A stretch of DNA of 64,000 nt, taken from contig CAWBAE010000003.1 of assembly GCA_963786745.1 (NCBI GenBank), forward strand, positions 106,082 through 170,081. The letters are read 5' to 3'. This stretch comes from Terriglobia bacterium. GTDB taxonomy: Bacteria > Acidobacteriota > Terriglobia > Bryobacterales > Bryobacteraceae. Below, in pieces: positions 60,203-64,000 of the stretch. A program made the translations under genes and the position numbers. Numbering within the stretch: position 1 is the stretch's first letter; each line of letters opens with the position of its first letter. Below the pieces are notes generated by a model, which had not been told where the DNA came from, made no database searches, and worked only from the letters and a program-made list of their open reading frames with translations.

Positions 60203-60703
60203 TTACGGTTCGGAGCGGACCACGTCCGCGGCGACCTCGGCTTCACACCGGGCTTCGATCCTGACGGGGAAGTTCACCGAGTTCGCGATGAAGCACATCT
60301 GGTGGGCCCGATGGTGCAGCGCCTGGGCGTCCTGGATGCGGCTGGAATCTGTGATTTTAAGACGGGGGCTTAGGATTACTTCGCGGAAGTGGCCGGACCC
60401 GTCCGGATCGAGGGCCATGGTTCCGGAAGCTTCGTCCGCATAGGAAGTGACCGTAATACCGGCGTCCGCGCACAGGTGCAGCATCCAAAGCATGTGGCAG
60501 GCGGATACGGAAGCCACCAGCAATTCTTCCGGGTTATAGCGCGAACGGTCGCCACGGAACGCGGGATCCGACGATCCCAGGATCACCGGCTTCGCGGGAC
60601 CGGCGATCTCGTGATCTCTTTCGTAGGCGCGATAATCGGACGTGCCTGAGCCGGTGTTTCCGGTCCAGGTGGTTCGAACATTAAAATTGTGTTCGTTGGT
60701 CAC
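60203..60703 (-). CDS. OsmC/Ohr family peroxiredoxin-like protein
   Basis: 166 aa. NPEELLVASVSACHMLWMLHLC and HQMCFIANS contain the two conserved Cys contexts of OsmC. Confidence 0.85.
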   Translation of the reverse strand: MTNEHNFNVRTTWTGNTGSGTSDYRAYERDHEIAGPAKPVILGSSDPAFRGDRSRYNPEELLVASVSACHMLWMLHLCADAGITVTSYADEASGTMALDPDGSGHFREVILSPRLKITDSSRIQDAQALHHRAHQMCFIANSVNFPVRIEARCEAEVAADVVRSEP

Positions 60704-60705
60704 TG

Positions 60706-61266
60706 CTAACGGCTGGCGGGCGGAATGATGCTGTTCATACGGGCGTATTCGACGCTCTGGCCGTAGTGATCGAAGGTATGCCAGGCGATTTCCGAAAGCA
60801 GCTCGGCTCGCGAAACCTTCTCCTTGCCGAAGGGGGATTGCATGGGTTCCATTAAGTTGGAGTCGGTAAGAGCCCCGACGGCCTTGTGCGCATAGGCCAA
60901 AGAATCCTTCAGATACTTCACTACTGCGTCCTTGCCGTGAATGGACGGCGCGCCGTTCTCAGCCTTTCCGGCCACGACGGGGGATTTTTCGCCCAGCGAC
61001 GCCGCGGAGACTTCGTAAATCACGGTGGCGATGTGGGTCATCTGCTGGGAGAACGTGCGCACGCCTTTGAATTCGCCGCTGGTCGGCGCGAAGTCGTACT
61101 TGTCAGCGGGCATCGCTTCGGCGAGCGGTACCACCTCGGCTTCGATCATGCGAAGTTGTCCATCGAATATCTTGGCCATGCCCGGCGAGGACGAACCGGC
61201 GGCGAAGAGCGAGACGGAAGCCGCCAAACCGGCTACGACTGTGAGAACTTTTATCATGAAGTTCAT
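60706..61266 (-). CDS. DinB-family (DinB_2) protein, secreted
   Basis: 186 aa with a signal peptide. Conserved His positions (MTHIATV, AWHTFDHYGQ) typical of the DinB four-helix bundle. Confidence 0.75.
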   Translation of the reverse strand: MNFMIKVLTVVAGLAASVSLFAAGSSSPGMAKIFDGQLRMIEAEVVPLAEAMPADKYDFAPTSGEFKGVRTFSQQMTHIATVIYEVSAASLGEKSPVVAGKAENGAPSIHGKDAVVKYLKDSLAYAHKAVGALTDSNLMEPMQSPFGKEKVSRAELLSEIAWHTFDHYGQSVEYARMNSIIPPASR

Positions 61267-61401
61267 TATACGAGGATGGGGGAACTCGCTACCATGTCCC
61301 TTTAGTACTTTTTGACGCCGGCTGGGCGTAACTCTCCGTAACAGGAGCGCGAAAATCGCCGTCTCATTCTTGCAACTGCGGCACCGGCAGGATTTTCATT
61401 T

Positions 61402-61731
61402 ATGGAGGCAAGCGGCATGCTTATAAACGATTCGAAGGCATCCAGCAGCGGGCATCAGACGCGCTCGCGCGACGGCGTGCTATGGCTGCTGCTTCTGGGG
61501 TTGCTTCTGGCTCTGGCTGGCGACGCCCACCAGTTCTTAAAGACCCAGCGCATGGCGCACGATATGGCGCAGATGCAGCAAACCATGCAGAGTCAGTTCG
61601 CCGAGCTCCGGGAACTCCAATCCGGCGCGCTGGAGCAGAATGTGCGGCGTTTCGACGAATTGAATAAGCGCTTCGACGGCCTGACGGCTACCACCCGAGC
61701 CGAGGTTAGAAGATTGCTAGGCGATGAGTGA
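61402..61731 (+). CDS. Small membrane-anchored coiled-coil hypothetical protein
   Basis: 109 aa. One TM (VLWLLLLGLLLALAG) and a helical Q/M-rich tail. No homology recognised and the start is uncertain. Confidence 0.4.
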   Translation: MEASGMLINDSKASSSGHQTRSRDGVLWLLLLGLLLALAGDAHQFLKTQRMAHDMAQMQQTMQSQFAELRELQSGALEQNVRRFDELNKRFDGLTATTRAEVRRLLGDE

Positions 61732-61748
61732 CCGTCGGGCGGCCGGGA

Positions 61749-63134
61749 TCACCACAGGCTTTTCTGCAAGGCCGAGAACTCGCGGATGATTTCCCGGGCG
61801 AGGGGATGCTGTCCGTCGCGCAGCACAAAGTTGCCATCCACGGCGACGTCGCGGATGGCGGTACGTTCCAGCGAAAAGATGATGTGATTCAGAAGCGATG
61901 CTTCGCCTGCGCCTGCCAGGGACGCGTCATTGAGATCCACTGTGAAAAAATCGGCTGGGCGTCCGGCTTCGAGCGCGCCGCCGGGCGTGCCGAGACTAGC
62001 CGCTCCGGTTTCGGTGGCGCATCGGAACAGGCGCTTGGCCAACGCGTCGGGCTCGGGTCCCGGGGCGAGCACCACGCGTTCCAGGCGGGCCATTCGCAAG
62101 TCATATTCCAGTGATCGGGCGTCCTCCAGCGGATTAATTTGAACATTGCTGTCGGAGCCGAAACAGATGCGGACGCCTACACTGAGCAGCCGATCTGCCG
62201 GTGACACGCCGTCGCCCAGATTGCGCTCGGTGGTGGGGCAGGCGCACACCAGGCTTTGAGCGCCGGCCAGTGAGGCGACCTCCGAATCGTCAATGTGGAT
62301 GGCGTGGACGGCGGTGAATCGGGAATCGAGCAGGCCGTGCTCGCGGAGAAGCGCCACCGGACGCAGGCCGTATTCGGCGAGGCAGGCTTCCACCTCCGCG
62401 GGCTGCTCGGCCACATGCATATGCACCGGCAGATTGCGGCCGCGAGCGTAGCGGACGATTTCGAGGAGATAATCCAGCGGGACCGCTCGAATGCTATGCG
62501 GGGCAACTCCGACGCTGGCGCGCTCCGAAGGGCACAGGCGCGGGAGTTCAGCGAGCAGCGCCTCCGTATCGGCGATGAAGTCCTGGGCGTGCGGGGTTAG
62601 GAAGCGGGCTTGTCCGGGATCCGGCGGACGGCCGAAGCCCGCCCGAACGTAAGCGCATCTGAGCAGCGCGATTCGGAGGCCGGTATCTGAGGCGGCGCGG
62701 ATCACTTGACCCGCCATGGCGTTTCGATCCGCGTAGGGGGCGCCGTCCGGAGCGTGATGGACGTAGTGAAATTCTCCGACGGTGGTGATGCCGCTCAACA
62801 GCATTTCGAGAAAGGCCATGCGCGCAGCGTGATACATGTCTTCCGGCGACAGCCGGTTGGCCGCGCGATACATGGCTTCGCGCCAGGTCCAGAAGGTGTC
62901 GCGTGAAGCCTCGGTGCGATGCTCGGTCCGGCCGCGAATGACGCGCTGGAAAGCATGCGAGTGAACGTTGACCAGGCCGGGAAGCATGGCGCGGGAGGGG
63001 AGACGTTCGGCCTTCGCCAGATCCTCCGGGGCGCTTGAAAATCGCTGGATGCGGCCGCCGGCATCGGCGAACATCGCGACGCCCGAGCGGAATTCGCCAT
63101 CGACGTAGATAAGATCGGGTAGCCAGCCCTTCAT
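61749..63134 (-). CDS. Amidohydrolase-superfamily deiminase, formimidoylglutamate deiminase (HutF)-like
   Basis: 461 aa. LPGLVNVHSHAFQR metal-binding motif, HVAEQ, and length and pattern like HutF or 8-oxoguanine-deaminase-type enzymes. Confidence 0.7.
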   Translation of the reverse strand: MKGWLPDLIYVDGEFRSGVAMFADAGGRIQRFSSAPEDLAKAERLPSRAMLPGLVNVHSHAFQRVIRGRTEHRTEASRDTFWTWREAMYRAANRLSPEDMYHAARMAFLEMLLSGITTVGEFHYVHHAPDGAPYADRNAMAGQVIRAASDTGLRIALLRCAYVRAGFGRPPDPGQARFLTPHAQDFIADTEALLAELPRLCPSERASVGVAPHSIRAVPLDYLLEIVRYARGRNLPVHMHVAEQPAEVEACLAEYGLRPVALLREHGLLDSRFTAVHAIHIDDSEVASLAGAQSLVCACPTTERNLGDGVSPADRLLSVGVRICFGSDSNVQINPLEDARSLEYDLRMARLERVVLAPGPEPDALAKRLFRCATETGAASLGTPGGALEAGRPADFFTVDLNDASLAGAGEASLLNHIIFSLERTAIRDVAVDGNFVLRDGQHPLAREIIREFSALQKSLW

Positions 63135-64000
63135 GACTTCTCCGGCGGAAGATTCGATAACGCGCAGTGGATTCCAGCGGCGCGATAAGCTTCGAGCAGC
63201 GCGCCCGCGGCCGGGCCATAGACGGGAGCCGCGACCTGGTTCGGCGCAGCACCTTCGACGAGTTCCCGGAAGCTATCGAGGAAAAGCCTGCTTTTGAATA
63301 CGCCGCCCTGATACGCGATACGGACCTGATCCTCCGCCTGGAACAATTGGGAGCGCACCGCACCCGCGAGAATCTCCAATTCTTCCGCGGCGTCCCGGAG
63401 GATCTCGGCCGCTACCGGGTCTCCGGCGATAGCGGCTCGGTCCACTAGCTTTGCGAATTCGGCGATGCGAGGCCGGGAAAACTCGGGCGTGTAAAAGCGA
63501 TGCATCAGCTCATTGGCACTCGCCGCGCCAGTGGCGTCGAGGAACGCGGATCGCAAGGCCGAGGAGCCCCCGAAACCCCAGCCTTCTTCAAATCGGAGCG
63601 CAGCCCGCAGCGCTTGCCTAACGATGTGGAACGCGCCGCCTTCGTCTCCGAAGAGATAGCCCCATCCGCCCGCGCGCGCGGTTTGGCCTAGAGCATTGCG
63701 CCCGAACGCGATGGATCCGGTCCCGGCAATCACGATGATTCCGGGTTCGCCGGCCAGCGCGCCAGAGAGAGCGATAAGCGCGTCATCGGTAACCACGGTG
63801 CGGTCGCTCCGAAGAAGTGATACGAGCGCTTCCTTGTCCCCGGGCCCGCCGCTGAATCCCAAGCAGGCGGACGCGAAGCGAACGGCAGCGCAGTCGAGCC
63901 CGGCGTGCGCGCAGGCGGATTCCAAGCACTCGCGCATGGCCCGAACAAATTTCACGCGGCCCTCACTCGCCTGGACATGATTGGACGGCCCAGCGCGGCC
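63131..64000 (-). CDS. BadF/BadG/BcrA/BcrD-type ATPase (N-acetylglucosamine-kinase-like), N-terminus beyond the right edge
   Basis: The frame stays open to position 64000 (..GRAGPSNHVQASEGRVKFVRAM..). GFSGGPGD, IIVIAGTGSIAFG and GGWGYLFGDEGGAFHI are family motifs. 4-nt overlap with the downstream deiminase gene. Confidence 0.8.
   Translation of the reverse strand, partial: GRAGPSNHVQASEGRVKFVRAMRECLESACAHAGLDCAAVRFASACLGFSGGPGDKEALVSLLRSDRTVVTDDALIALSGALAGEPGIIVIAGTGSIAFGRNALGQTARAGGWGYLFGDEGGAFHIVRQALRAALRFEEGWGFGGSSALRSAFLDATGAASANELMHRFYTPEFSRPRIAEFAKLVDRAAIAGDPVAAEILRDAAEELEILAGAVRSQLFQAEDQVRIAYQGGVFKSRLFLDSFRELVEGAAPNQVAAPVYGPAAGALLEAYRAAGIHCALSNLPPEKS

Overview
High-GC (roughly 62-68% by eye) chromosomal segment, most likely from an Acidobacteriota genome of the Solibacter/Bryobacter type. 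Three secreted proteins carry the Solibacter-type C-terminal IPT-like domain (TIGR03437-like), and there is a carboxypeptidase-regulatory TonB-type receptor. Most of the window is housekeeping or ordinary accessory metabolism: secD-yajC-tgt, cysS, a clpB-htrA-lon stress protease block, a fatty-acid/CoA cluster, mdh, and a hutF-like gene. Four things stand out. (1) A 13-kb, seven-gene MoxR/DUF58/VWA Bat-like operon extended by two protease-like genes. (2) A 1.7-kb lower-GC two-gene cassette (135-aa helical protein plus a 357-aa SIR2/sirtuin-like protein). It is bounded by perfect 57-bp direct repeats that duplicate the promoter-proximal 5' end of an SDR gene, with no recombinase present. This is my best candidate for an undescribed accessory or defence module. 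(3) A BrnT/BrnA toxin-antitoxin pair fused by a -1 frameshift. (4) Many single-base frameshifts concentrated in a few genes: about 10 in mdh, 5 in two Bat-operon genes, 1 each in a PLP enzyme and an Nramp-Usp transporter. The encoded protein sequences are otherwise well conserved, which points to assembly or sequencing error rather than decay. I found no rRNA, tRNA, CRISPR array, transposase or integrase. Domain calls come from motif recognition by eye, not database searches.
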